A DNA stretch of 59,409 nt from Macrostomum lignano (lineage: Eukaryota): the NCBI GenBank assembly GCA_002269645.1, contig NIVC01003630.1:1-59409 (forward strand). Reading direction: 5' to 3'. Made by a program: the position numbers and the translations under genes. A model generated the notes under the pieces. It had not been told where the DNA came from. It searched no databases and saw nothing but the letters and a program-made list of their open reading frames with translations. Positions 33,175 through 46,948 of the stretch are shown here, piece by piece (position 1 is the first letter of the stretch; the number at the start of each line of letters is the position of its first letter).

Positions 33175-34355
33175 GTGTCCACTGAAAGACCAGTGTGAAC
33201 TCTGAAGGACCAGCGTGAACTCTGAAGGACCAGTGTGAACTCTGAAGGACCAGTGTGAAATCTGAAGGACCAGTGTGAAATCTGAAGGACCAGTGTGAAC
33301 TCTGAAGGACCAGTGTGAAATCTGAAGAACCAGTTTGAAATCTGAAGGACCAGTGTGAAATCTGAAGGACCAGTGTGAAATCTGAACGACCAGTGTGAAA
33401 TCTGAAGGACCAGTGTGAAATCTGAAGGACCAGTGTGAACTCTGAACGACCAGTGTGAAATCTGAAGGACCAGTGTGAAATCTGAAGAACCAGTTTGAAA
33501 TCTGAAGGACTAGTGTGAAATCTGAAGGACTAGTGTGAAATCTGAAGGACCAGTGTGAACTCTGAAGGACTAGTGTGAAATCTGAAGGACTAGTGTGAAC
33601 TCTGAAGGACTAGTGTGAACTCTGAAGGACCAGTGTGAAATCTGAAGGACTAGTGTAAACTCTGAAGGACCAGTGTGAACTCTGAAGGACCAGTGTGAAA
33701 TCTGAAGAACCAGTGTGAAATCTGAAGGACTAGTGTGAACTCTGAAGGACCAGTGTGAACTCTGAAGGACCAGTGTGAAATCTGAAGGACTAGTGTGAAA
33801 TCTGAAGGACTAGTGTGAAATCTGAAGGACCAGTGTGAACTCTGAAGGACTAGTGTGAACTCTGAAGGACCAGTGTGAACTCTGAAGGACCAGTGTGAAA
33901 TCTGAAGGACCAGTGTGAACTCTGAAGGACCAGTGTGAAATCTGAAGGACCAGTGTGAACTCTGAAGGACCAGTGTGAACTCTGAAGGACCAGTGTGTCC
34001 ACTGAAGGACCAGTGTGTCCACTGAAAGACCAGGTGTCCACTGAAGGACCAGTGTGTCCACTGAAAGACCAGGTGTCCACTGAAAGACCAGGTGTCCACT
34101 GAAGGACCAGTGTGTCCACTGAAGGACCAGTGTGTCCACTGAAAGACCAGGTGTCCACTGAAGGACCAGTGTGTCCACTGAAAGACCAGGTGTCCACTGA
34201 AGGACCAGTGTGTCCACTGAAAGACTAGGTGTCCACTGAAGGACCAGTGTGTCCACTGAAGGACCAGTGTGAACTCTGAAGGACCAGTGTGTCCACTGAA
34301 GGACCAGTGTGAACTCTGAAGGACCAGTGTGTCCACTGAAGGACCAGTGTGTCCA
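33175..34355. repeat. 20-bp array (TCTGAAGGACCAGTGTGAAC grading into CCACTGAAGGACCAGTGTGT)
   Basis: Directly visible. Confidence 0.96.
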
Positions 34356-35199
34356 CGTAAGAAAAAAGTTCACTAAAGGACCAATGCCCACTGAAACACC
34401 TGATCCAAGTAACTTTGAGTGTTTGCCAATGTACATAGCTGGGTATCATAATACACAAATAAAGAATAGTTGAGAGTACCGAAGGTATTTCAGCTGAACT
34501 GAAAGCTTCGCGGCAAACAAAAAGCAAAACAAATTATTTATTCAATTATAATATAATTATCGTAATAATTTCGCGCACCGTCAATTCTGGCATTAGAATG
34601 GAATTATTTTTGTCAAATAAATTACAACACAAAAAATGCACCATAGATTGAGATAAGACCGGAACAAGACTTAATTCATAAAAAGTTCTTTACGCACTTT
34701 ATTCATAATAACACTGAGCTGTGCATGTAATGTTAATTATACAATAACTTCTGATGCACAAGTTCTATTAAGCAGCAAAATAAAAGTCTTCACAATTTCT
34801 TAAGCATACTACAAATATTATTATATCTAGGACCCCTGGGAGTATTTAGCACAAGTATCTTAAACAATAACAATTTAATGACAAGGAAGATAAATAATTA
34901 AATCATAAAATTTGCTCAATTATAACAATTATAAGCAATTGACAAAAGCGAAAAGTTTAACAACACAAGTTCGATCCGAGCTGACATGTGCGAGTGTATT
35001 GCAAACTTGAGTCTGATAAAATACAGGTAGTAAATTTTGATAACAGTTGCATTTCACCAAAACCGAATTGTAATCAGTGAGCCAATCTTCAACAGAAAAA
35101 AACTAGGGTTTAGTCTCAATTGTTGTCACCTTTTACTATGGTCCAATTCTGTGATACGAGTGCATATAAAGCGCGATTCTCAAGGCATTAGGACTTGAT

Positions 35200-35897
35200 T
35201 CTCTTTGACTGTTCAGGGACGATTCTCTTGACTGCTCAGGGTTGATTCTCTGAACAGTCAAGTTCAGGGGCGATTCTCTTGACTGTTCAGGGGCGATTCT
35301 CTTGACTGTTGAGGGGCGATTCTCTTGACTGTTGAGGGGCGATTCTCTTGACTGTTGAGGGGCGATTCTCTTGACTGTTGAGGGGCGATTCTCTTGACTG
35401 TTGAGGGGCGATTCTCTTGACTGTTAAGGGGCGATTCTCTTGACTGTTAAGGGGCGATTCTCTTGACTGTTCAGGGGCGATTCTCTTGACTGTTGAGGGG
35501 CGATTCTCTTGACTGTTAAGGGGCGATTCTCTTGACTGTTCAGGGGCGATTCTCTTGACTGTTGAGGGGCGATTCTCTTGACTGTTGAGGGGCGATTCTC
35601 TTGACTGTTGAGGGGCGATTCTCTTGACTGTTCAGGGGCGATTCTCTTGACTGTTGAGGGGCGATTCTCTTGACTGTTGAGGGGCGATTCTCTTGACTGT
35701 TCAGGGTTGATTCTCTTGACTGTTCAGGGTTGATTCGCTTGACTGTTCAGGGTTGATTCTCTTGACTGTTCAGGGGCGATCCTCTTGACTGTTCAGGGGC
35801 GATTCTCTTGACTGTTTAGGGTTGATTGTCTTGACTGTTCAGGGTTGATTCTCTTGGCTGCTCAGGGGCGATTCTCTTGACTGCTCAGGGGCGATTT
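35200..35897. repeat. 23-bp array (GATTCTCTTGACTGTTGAGGGGC)
   Basis: Directly visible. Confidence 0.96.
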
Positions 35898-36025
35898 TTC
35901 ATGCAACTAATATACAATTTATTAGTCTGTTAAGGAGCGCCTTAATTGACGGTGCCATTTTCGACTATGTTCATGGGATTAGTCCCCATTTATCCCACGC
36001 CGCAATGGTCACAATCTACTCGAGC

Positions 36026-39000
36026 TCAACACTTCGCCTTGCGTTTCTCCTCTCTCCGAGCTCGCCGATCGGCCTCGTCCTTCAAATCGGCCGCGTCCTC
36101 TAGCGCGCCGATGCGTTTCGAGCGTCGCTCCTCGGCTTGAATATCCCGAAAGCTGGCTACCATGCCTCGGCAATCGTCGTGCGGATTAACAGCGGCGTAG
36201 CGTCTCGGATCGAATTTCAAACTGCGATGCACTTCGCGCACAATATTAGCGTAGTCTTCTTCGGCGCTTGGCGCCTCCGTGTCGTCGATGAAACTGTCGT
36301 TGTCCTCGTCGTCGTCTTCATCGAGATCGTCGCTGTACCGACGTCGAGACAGTTGCTGTTGTTGAGGCATCGGTTTTCTAGGTTGCATCGTCGGGGGCGG
36401 CGAAGGTCGAGAGGCGGCAGCTGAAGTAGTCGAGAGCTTCTTGATCGCGGGTAGACTTGATCGATCTTGTTTCGTCTTGTCCTTGTGATGCTGATCGGAA
36501 TGCTTAACAGCGGATGATGATGAAGCTGACGATGAAGCTGATGCGCCTGCTTTACTGTTGGATTCGTTGAGCTTGCGGAGCTTTCTAGAATCATGGAGTT
36601 GTGGAATAGCAATGATTGTTAAGTCTGCCATAAACTACTCAGTGTACTTTTAACCTGCTACAGTGCTACCTATCACCCAGTGTACTTTAACCTGCTACCG
36701 ATCACTCAGTGTAGTTAAACCTGCTACAGTGCTACCTATCACTCAGTGTACTTTAATTTGCCACCTATCGCTCAGTGTAGTTTAACCTGCCACCTATCAC
36801 TCAGTGTACTTTAATTTGCCACCTATCACTCAGTGTACTTTAACCTGCTACCTATCGCCCAAACTCACTTGTCAATCTTTTCAAGCTCTTTAAGCAGCTC
36901 CTCGCGTCGCATCATCAAATAATGCCGCTGCATCTCGGCCGGGCCGGACAGGGGCGCCGACGTTGATGAAGGAGGCGGTGGGGGTGGAGGCATTTGAGCC
37001 TGATCAGCTGATTGCTTGGACTTTTTAGCCGAGCTGACGCCGCCGGAACTAGCATCATTAGACAATCGTTTGTGCGATGTTGAGCTTTTATGTTGAGAAT
37101 CCAATGATTGGCTCTTCTTTTTACCATTGATGTCATTAGCAACCGTTTTCTGCTGCTGCAAGCGAGGCTGCGCCAAGGACGCTGGTGGAGCTTTATTAGC
37201 TGCAGCTTTTTTAGCTTCCATCTCTTGTCTGCGACGTTCTAAGAACTGCTTAACCTTGGCTGGGTCTACCCAGCCTGAGCTACCAGTGCGCACATTTGAG
37301 GCTGCTTGGCTGGGTTTCTCCTGCACAAATGGGGTGAGATAGAATTGGTTTGATGTTTAATTTGAAAACAGCTTCTCATATTACTAAAAGTAGTTGGCAC
37401 TTTTTTAAATAATGGACATGGGAGTAAAAGGTTCATGTCTCACCTTCTAAATCCAAATAAAAATTCTACTTCTGTCCCTAAGACTATAAATAACATGATA
37501 GATATAATATTCTAGTTTCTATTGTAATGACCTTGTATTAAACTTTCGCGAACTTTCCATATTCAGCAAAAACATTATTCTCGAAATATCCGCGTAAATA
37601 GCACTTTTAATATTAGGAAATTTAAACTCCCACGCACACATTTCCTTGATTATAGAATGTTCCACGAAGCAGTCTATAAAAGTCCCTCTTTTACTCTTCT
37701 TTACTCCCCTTAGCTGAACATTATTAAAGAATAACCAGTGGTTATTCTTTTTTTTAATCGCTGAGCGATTTTTTTGTTACGAGCTATAATTGACTAGTTT
37801 CAGCGATTTTTTTAATTGCACTTGTGCACTGTGCGTGTGCAGCAACATTTTGTATTTTCCTACGTCTCTTGTGTTATGTTCAAGGTTGCTATTGTTTCAG
37901 TGAGACTAAATTGTTAAAATATAACAGAATCAGAAGAAAGGTATTAACTTCTTTGCTGCTCATATTTAACTATCGATATCTACTTTCTATGTTGTTGAAT
38001 TGCTAATATTTGGCGCAATAATTTTTAGCTACTCGCGTTTTCTTTCAGCCAGAGCACCTACACTATGACTGCTAGCACTAGCAGGAAAACTGCCTTTGAT
38101 GCTAAATGGATCGAGCAACTTGATGCTGCTTCCTGGCTGCGTTCTTGTACAGCAGAGCACAAAGCATTCTGTGCAGCCTGTAATGTAAAACTGAATGTTG
38201 CATCAGGCGGCATTTCTGTGGTGAAGGCCCACGCAAAGACAGCCAAGCACAATACCAACTTAGCTAGCCTGCAAAATACTAAGCCAATGGTACAGTTTGT
38301 GCAGCAGCGGCATCGTGAAGCAAGCAATGATCAACGAAAAGCAACCGTTACCAAATCTGAGGTCATTTGGACATGGAACGCGGCCTTTAAGTCGAAGTCT
38401 TTTGCTGGAAAAGAATCATCTGAGTTGTTTCAGGCTATGTTTACAGATTCTAGGATTGCCAATGATTTTAGCTGTGCAAGGACAAAAACGTCTTACTTAT
38501 TGAACCATGCCATTGCGCCCTATGTCAAACAAAAATCACCAAAGCAGTGCTGCAGGCTGGATTCTATTCGGTTAGTTTTAACGAAAGTGATGGCCGCATG
38601 ATGCTATGTATCCGCTACCTACAGGAGGGACAAATTTTAATGGAGATTCTGGACTTCGTAACAATGGAATCGTTTGATGCCGAATCATGTGCCAGTTTGA
38701 TCTATCAGTGCATCCTAGATCATGGTCTGCCTTTTTGCAAGTGGATCGGCGACTTCTCCGACAAACTGCAATGTTATGCGGGGCGTCTACTCGGGAGTCA
38801 TTAAGTGCCTCCGAGATAAGCCTGAGCTGAAGCATCTTGTTGATACTGGTGACTGCACATTGCATGTAGTTGCCAATGCCGCTCAAATTGCAGTTGAATT
38901 GCATTTGCCGACAGCCGCTTCATTCTGTGAAGATATTCAAGGCTGTTTCACCCGGAGTGGAAAGCACTCAAAGGAGATAGAAGATCTCCAGAAGACAATA

Positions 39001-42000
39001 AGCATGACAAGGCACACATTTCTGCGGAACGTAGAAACGCGCTGGCTAAGTCTATTGCAATGTCTGCTACGAATCAAGGAGCAATGGAATGTGTTTGCTG
39101 TCTACTTCCGCAATCGAGAAGGTTCAACTAATGCACAATTGTGAATCCAGCAGGCAATTGAAGACCCAGTAACACTTCCAGCGATTAATTTCATCATCCA
39201 TGTTCTACATCTGCTTGAAAAGTACGAGATAACGTTTCAGCAGCGTGACAGTGCTGGTCCACTGCATCTATCGAAAAAGTCAGCTGCTTCTGGAGTCCGT
39301 TGCGGTTCAATTCATTCAGCCAGCTGCTATCAAGGAGAAGATTATCCAGAAAGTGGACTTTAGGAGCTCTGCCATTCAACTCCCGTTTGATGAAATAATG
39401 GTGGGTTCCAAAGCGAAGGACCTGCTTGGCAATGGTCCAAGTGCTAGACCGCAACTATTCGCCTTCAAGCAGGTGTACGTCAGCCTGGCTATGTACTTGA
39501 AGACACATTTGCTGTTCGCCTCAAGGATTTTGAGGAGCCTGACATTTTTAGATATGTCCCTTCCCATTGAGGAAAAAAGTGTTCTTTATATAGCTAACAG
39601 CCTGCCGGAAGCCATTCCACCCAGCGAGATTGACCAGCTAGCAACGGAAGTCCACCTCTTCAACCTGAGGCAGATGCAGACAACTCAGGCAATAACAGTG
39701 AAGGCTTTGCCAATGGAATGGCATACAATTTCTCTGTCGGCAGACTTTCCGCTGCTTGGCCACCTTGGCATTGCTTGCTGCACGCTTTTTCAAATGCAGA
39801 CTGCGAGTGGCACATTGGAAAGTCGAATGACATTGATGCCTAGGAGAAGTGGAGAGCTTAACTCACTGTTGGCAAAGAGCTACTTGGCAGCTAGAAGGCT
39901 GAAACCAAGTACAGTTCCAATACCGGACAGCCTGTTGGATGCAGCATTGAATGCAAATGTGGAGTACAAGAAGCACTTGGCTGAGCAGCAAAGCCGAGAA
40001 GATGGACAATGAGCTGCAACATCTGGCAGAGGAGGAGGCATGGCAAATTCAAGCAAAGGCTACGCAGGTATGTTGATGAAAATGAAGAGTTAGAACTCGG
40101 TTTTGCATCATATTGTTCATTTTTATAACCCACGTCCTTAATCCTGAATCCAACGAAAATTTAAAAACTGTATGACCGCATTTGTCGCAGTGAATTAGAG
40201 CAGCTAGCTAGCCAGGAAAAGACAAACATAAGAAGAAAGACGAGGCACAACTGTGATGTTCTCAAGTGTAGCAACACATTGAGCATGCATTGATCAAACT
40301 TCAAAAGGCACAAGAAGCCAAGAAAGACTCCGCAGTTTGCTTATCTAGCTTCGAGGTGCGACGGTTAGAAATCAAGCATAGCGCTGTTGAGTGCACTGTC
40401 AAAAGTGCTGCCGAAGAGGTGGCTAAACAGAAGCGGCAAGCTGAGTACACTGCTCTGTCGTGACTGCCAAAAGTTCCAAAGAAGAAAAATTAAGGCCCAT
40501 GAACCAAGTGGCATTATGATTGCTACAAATTGTTACAATTTAATACATGTTTGATTGCTGTACTTTTTTATTTATTAACAACACTTTATACTTTGACTGA
40601 CCAATGACTAGATTTTGCTGACGAAAAGTTAATCAAATAATTTTTCATTATTTCTTCTGTTAAGTTTCTAAATCTTTTGGTTGACATTGACAATAAATAT
40701 AAAGGCAGAACACAATTAGTGCACAATATGATGATTAGTGAGCTTCAAAATTAGCTGCGATTTTTTAGTTCCCTGCAATTTTTTTGAGCCAAGTATTGGT
40801 GGCAACACTGAAACCACCTTCTGCCTAATTTATTTAAATTGCTACACTATCATATGATTCATATGATCATATGATGAGTTTAGTAGAAAAGAAAGAGTAC
40901 CATTCTTTTCAAATTGTTCATTAAACTATTTTTTAAATGTTTTTTTGCATTTTTTCCAAATGAAAGCAGATTTTAGCATGTTTGGACATTTCCCAAGCTA
41001 TTAAAACAGTAAAATTAACAACTTTGTTTTTTAAACACTTTTTTATCTTTAGCAATTCCTAACGATTCCTAACAATTTGAGGGTAGCCTCCTAGCATGGT
41101 GTTGATAGATTTAATGGTTGGTTAATGGCTTTAGCATGAACTAATTAGCAGCAAGAAGTGCTTAGACTTCTCTTTCCTAGCATTGAAAAAATAGTTTAAC
41201 CAATTTATCCCTTTGGGCTATAGACATTACAAACAAGCAAGAATGCCATATCAGACAACACATGTCAGATTTCTATCCTTAAAAAATTTGTACTTTCTGT
41301 TTTGCAATTTAGCATTGTACTTTTCAGTTAGTCAACTCCCTTTGACTACCACATTCTTTCCCACAGACAATCCTAGTTATTAATTTATCATAGATATTTC
41401 AACTAACCTGTTTATTATGTTAGTATGAATACAAGTTTAACTTATAGCCTAGGCCCTTCACTACTTTTTTGCCCTACTCTAGAGACAAAAAAACAATTAT
41501 ATAATTATTGGAATAGCTAGGCTAGCTAATAGTTAAGCCAAGTTTTACTTGTTGCTTATCTATTTTTGGTATTCATTAGCATGCTCTTAGCTAATATATT
41601 TTTTCCTCTAGTATACACTGCTACTATTATATGATCTAAACAGATTAGACCTAGGTGTGAGAATTACATTATTGTTTCTTGTTTAATTGGATTTTGTTTT
41701 GTTTTCAAGAAATTTGACATATGATTTAGTATAATGAACAAGAGTGTCTCAGCTAGGGATTGCAAAATCCCAGTTTTTTGTTATCCCGGGATACTAGGAT
41801 TTGATCTTAAAATTTGGCCAATCCTAGGATTTAATCTTAGGATCAGAAAAATATAGATTTTTAAGCTTCTAGGTTGAAATTCTAAGGCAAAATATGCAAT
41901 AAACTTATTTTTGCTTCCATTTTTATTGTTATAGAAATAATTGTTTTTTGTAGATAAAAAATAATATTATATTGCAACATATTTAGGTAAGTAGACCTAG

Positions 42001-42404
42001 TATAAAAGTCTAATTAGTAGTAAAGAAGCTAATCATATATCAAAATTTATATTGGAATAAATTTCATATTTAAATATATGATGCTAGGTTTTTAAAGGTG
42101 CCTTGTAACATAAGAAACTTTAATGAAAATTAGTGCAGTATAGGGCCTAATAAACTATGTGGGCCTAATTATGTTTATATTACAACACTATTACAATCTG
42201 TAGTCTCAGCCATATTTCAGTTGTAAGATTCAAAAATCAATAGTAGGCCTAAGAAAACCTTGAGAACAAAATTATTCCTAGACAATGGCATAAATATAAT
42301 ATAATCAATCTACTAACCTGAATGGCTTTGCTAGCTTTTTCAAGAGCCAGCTTTTGTTGCTCTACATTTCTTTGTGCATTTTCAAGAGCAAGTCGATAAT
42401 CCAT
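36026..42404 (-). CDS. SPT2: SPT2 histone chaperone homolog; exons 42404-42318, 37320-36869, 36584-36026 (365 aa)
   Basis: C-terminal SPT2 motif SFIDD...MVASFRDIQAEERRSKRIGALED. The N-terminus MDYRLAL... and VDPAKVKQFLERRRQE parallel SPTY2D1 MDFREIL / VQSAAVQAFLKRKEEE. Introns are GT-AG in phases 0 and 2 and the joined frame is open. Confidence 0.88.
36636..36857. repeat. About 30-bp minisatellite (CCTATCACTCAGTGTACTTTAA...) filling SPT2 intron 2
   Basis: Directly visible. Confidence 0.85.
37736..40810 (+). mobile_element. Decayed hAT-family DNA transposon in SPT2 intron 1
   Basis: Zinc finger (WL...AFCAAC...GGISVVKAHAKTAKH), ARTKTSY, DTGDCTLHVV and ETRWLSL motifs spread over four broken frames. 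Right TIR GGTGGCAACACTG at 40798-40810; GCGATTTTTT subterminal motifs at both ends. Left end uncertain. Confidence 0.82.
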
Positions 42405-43989
42405 AGTGCAGAATGCAAAATAAATGTGTTGGTTGCAGAGAAAAATAATTAGGCCTGTGTGTATGCTCACTTAAAAAGTTTCTAAGCCTAGATGCACTAG
42501 GTCTACACTAACACAATATGATTTAAGTTGATTTAATTTAAGATTCAGTTTTTTGGACAATTTTAATTAGGTTTTTGTACAGGAAAATTTAAAATCTCAA
42601 GAACTGATTTAGCTCTTTACAAATTCGCCGAAATAAACTTAAGAAAGTAGTGTTGTAGTGGTGATTTATAGATTTAAGCAATGAATCTGTTGACCAGCTA
42701 ATATGAAGTCAAAACTAATATATTGCGATATAAAGCTAAATACTGATGAATGAAAGTCAAAGAGAATGAAACGAAAATGTAACTGAGAACGGGAGCATTT
42801 AAGTCTCAAGAGAGTTAAGCGTTCGCTAGGCTAAGACGGTTAAGACGGTCATATCTGATAGAACCCACACACAAAACAAACCGGGGGTTACTTAAAGTAA
42901 GCGAAGAACGAAAATTTAAAGTTTCGACGACACTTAATACCAGTTTTAACAAGAAAAATATCTATGTCGATTTCAGGAACATAACCCAGATATACTATAA
43001 CTGGATTTGTAATGACGTTAAATAAAAAAGTTGATTTAAAAAAATGTCCTATAACCACAGTAATAGTTTTTCGCGATAAATCGAACCGTAGAAAGTAGTG
43101 TAATTACGATCTGTATAGCTACTGCAGCTGTCAATTTACGTGTACGTACACGTAGTCGTAGACGTAATATTTACATGCATAAGCCATAGGTATTTTAAAC
43201 TATAATGAGGCTGCTCTACGCAAGTATAATGCTTACAAGAATTGCAGTTTTTTTCTTGCATACTCTGTTATAATTTTTTTCGGAGATTATAAAATTCACA
43301 AATATTTTATAAATTACAAATATAGGCCTAAGGTTATCTCGTCTCGAATCTGAGACAAGATCTAAAAAATATTTCGAAAATTCGAACTTTCGGAATTTAG
43401 GAAATTTCGAATTCTACTCTCAGGTGTTAGGCCCTACTGTGCAGCGCCACTTATAGTTACCCATCCTAAGTAATGTGTAGGCCCTACTCTTTATGATGGT
43501 ATTTATTATTATTTATTGACATTGACAGTACATCAGTACCTGGCTATAGGCCCTAAGTTGGCTAGGCCTAGGCCTAACCAAGTTGGGCCATGTCTCTAGA
43601 CTAAGTATTTATTTAAATTAAAGCCAAAAGGAATTTAACTTAATCTGAATAGTAAGCCTTGCACTAGGAAATTAGGCCCAATATAAAACAATTTTTAAAA
43701 AGAAGCTATTGAGCTTAATTTAGTATGTTGAATGTATTAGGCTAGCTTTGCCTTTATGCTTTAGATTTATATAATATAGGGCCTACTTGAAATATGTTTG
43801 AAGAGACCGATGCATAACCATAATATTATTTAGGTATAGGTATCTGGCTACTATAGTCACTTTGATAATAAGACATTTTAGGGATGGACACTTTGGCAAC
43901 TAGACATTTTGACAACAAGATTATGCCATTTGATAAATTCTCCAAATAAATCAGTTTGATAAATAAAAATGCAACTACTGTATACCAGC

Positions 43990-44360
43990 GGTTAGTCTCC
44001 CTAAATTTAATTATCCCACCGCTGATGATACTAAGTTGTCGCAGGCCTTCTGGCTCTCTCTATTTAATTCTAAAGTTTAATCACTGAACTGTACTAAATC
44101 TGCTAAGTTTGCTATTTCTAAGAACCCTATTTCTATACTTACATGCACTTTTATGTTATGGGCTATCGTCGCTACAAATTACCCTTGGTAGCTTCAGTGC
44201 CCGAGCGGCAAGACACTACTGTCTACTGCTAAATTCTTAAAATTATCCAGTCCAAACATGGCATTTACTACAGACTAAGGGGTTTCCGGCTTCTTTAAGT
44301 ACTGTCTCGCACGACTTAGAACTGCATCACGCTAGGCCTAATTTGGAGCAGCCTGAATAT
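43990..44360 (+). mobile_element. Highly degenerate non-LTR (CR1/L2-like) reverse transcriptase remnant
   Basis: Stop-interrupted translation ADDTKL...SLNCTKS..F..SKNPI...ARPNLE resembles YADDTKL / LN..K / RP.LEY. Confidence 0.42.
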
Positions 44361-45125
44361 TTTCCTTTCCTGGGTAATCCAACCTTTACACTGGGTATTT
44401 CACCCTCTATACTGGGTATTCCACCCTTTTACTGGGTATTCCACCCTTTTACTGGGTATTCCACCCTCTTACTAGGCACAACGCTTGACCATCAATCTCT
44501 GCTTTGACAAAACACTTTTAATTCTATCTAACACGGTAACTTAGCTTGCAATACTGCTTCAAATAACTAATTCAGAAGAACCAAGAAATCTTAATTTCCT
44601 GTTAACTGAGTTAGAAACCCGAAAGGTTGAGGTTAAAGAAAATGTTCTAGCTTCACCTTATATTTATACTAGTCAAAGTCTTTCCTTATTGGTTCGCGCT
44701 ACAACATTAAAACAAATTCATTCGCTTCGCTAGGGGGGCCCACAACAAAAATTATTCAATAAAACAAATTTGTAAATTAAAACAAATGATACAGCACTTG
44801 TTATTTTGGCAGGAATTTGATTTCGCAGGAAAATACTAATTTAAATATAGGCCCTTCTATAGTTGGCTTCCCTGAATATTATTTTGTGAATTTTTAAGTG
44901 AGCAAAATGATAATAATAGTAGTATACAATAATGGAAAAACACAACAATACATAATCAAAAAAACTAAGCAATGTATTAATGGCACAAATGGCGCAATAG
45001 AAAAGCACTGAGTCACAAGTATACCTAGCAATTATTCACCAAAGAAAATAAGTATGTTCGCATAAAATATAAATTGGGCATGCAACACTTAACTAGTTCA
45101 GAAAATAAGCAATTTTTAAAGTCTA

Positions 45126-46467
45126 TGAGGTATATTCAAAAAGTTCTTTTCGGTGCCCTACAAAACTGAACACAAAACAACTGGAACTATGAAAACACTG
45201 TTAGATTGCTTAACATGATTCTGTCACTCAACATATTCACCGCCAATGTCTTTGCACTTCTGCCAGCAATTTACCAGGCCTCTGATTCCAGAACTCACAC
45301 CACTCGCGTCCGTTTGGCAAACAGCTTGATTGCATGCAGCTTCGATGTGCTCGACGCTGTCAAATCGAATGCCCCGAAGGTGCTTCTTCACAGATGGAAA
45401 TAAGAAGTCGCACGGCGACAAATCAGGCGAATAGGGTAGATGTTGGAGCACTTCCCAGCCCCATTTGCTCAGGAGTTCCACGACGTTGTGCTTGCAATGT
45501 GCTGGCGCATTGTCGTGCAGCAGGATCACGCCAGATTCCAGCAGACCAGGGCGCTTCTTTCGTATTGCTGGGCGCAGCTTCTCCTGCAGAATCCACTTGT
45601 AGTAGTCCCCATTGACGGTGGTTCCTTGTGGGACTGCCCAGTTCAGCAGGATTCCTTGGGAATCAAAAAACATGACGTGCATTATCTTTATCGCGCCATG
45701 CTTCCTGATGGCCTTCTGAGGTCTTGGAGAATGTGCTGGAAGCCATTCGGCAGACTGGGCCTTTGTCTCAGGATCCCGGCTATAAACCCACGTCTCGTCT
45801 CCAGCAACAATTCTTGATAGAAAATCCTCCCCTTCTCAATGGAACCGACGCAGGTGGCTGCTTGAAGCCAGAGTTCGCTGCATCTTTTGCTCACCTGTCA
45901 GCAGGTGTGGCACCCACTTGCAGAACTTTTTCTGTAGGAGAAGACGCTCAGTCAAAATAGCGTGGACGCTTCCTACTGACACACCAACATCTTCTGCCAA
46001 CTCTTCGCAAGTCCGTCGCCGATCATCATCCAAGAGCTCTTGCACTTTCTTCACAACAGTCTCTTTGGTTGCAGTCATCGGCCTTCCAGAGTGGCCATTG
46101 TCCTCAACGCTCTCTCTTCCCTCAGCGAACAGCCGGTACCATTTTTGAACTGTCTGCTCAGTTGGTGCACAGTTGCCAAGCACTTGCTAAAGCTCCCTAA
46201 ACATATCCGGTGGCTTTTTTCTTTGTAGAAACTGAAACTTCATCAAGCTTCAACGTCTTGCTTTGAAAATGATTCAGCCATGGCCAAGAAATTGAGTGGC
46301 AGCTGATAGAAATGTTCGCTGCTCTAACATAGTTGCAAACTGAGACTTAAAACCCTAGGAACGTTTAGGCCATAGACATAACTTGGTAAAATCGCTAAAA
46401 TTCTGTTTACAACGCTTTCTAAAAATAAATGCCAAAGGACTGAAAAGAACTTTTTGAATAAACCTTG
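45126..46467 (-). mobile_element. Full-length mariner element (1,342 bp) with a disrupted transposase
   Basis: 28-bp imperfect TIRs, TA on both sides (45124-45125 and 46468-46469); WVPHLL, GDETW, HDNAPAH and YSPDLSPCDF motifs of the D,D34D family; frameshifts and stops. Confidence 0.95.
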
Positions 46468-46948
46468 TAGTTCACAAAGAACAAGTACAGAAACTTCAAG
46501 CAAATAAGAGCAAAAAACATTGGTACAGAAATTCACACAAAGAAAAATAGCATTGTCATAAAATTCATGCTAAATAAAACAGATTCACAGAAAAAAGTAG
46601 CACTAGCACAAGTAATTCGTACAAAAAAATAGTATTCACGCAATTAAAAGCAATTCACAAAGAAAAATAGCACTAGCATAGAAATTTATGCAAATAGAAG
46701 TAAGTTCACAATTGCAAAAGTTAATTTACTTAATTACGCTTGAGTTCGAATTCCTCAGGCAGCTGATCGTGGTATGGCTAGCCAAGCTGATCCGCCATCT
46801 AGCGGATCTCAATCTGTAGGAGTAGCCAATGATAGGTTTGCCCGGCCTGTGTCAGATCGTGCAGCGTGTTTTGGATTGCTCGGCGCCACGCTGCGATTCT
46901 CGACTCCAGATAAAATTGCTGCACCAGTAGACGCAGCACTGGTTTAGC

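Noticed and set aside
41753-41860. TAGGGATTGCAAAATCCC, resembling a hAT MITE terminus
   Set aside because: No matching opposite end or TSD found.
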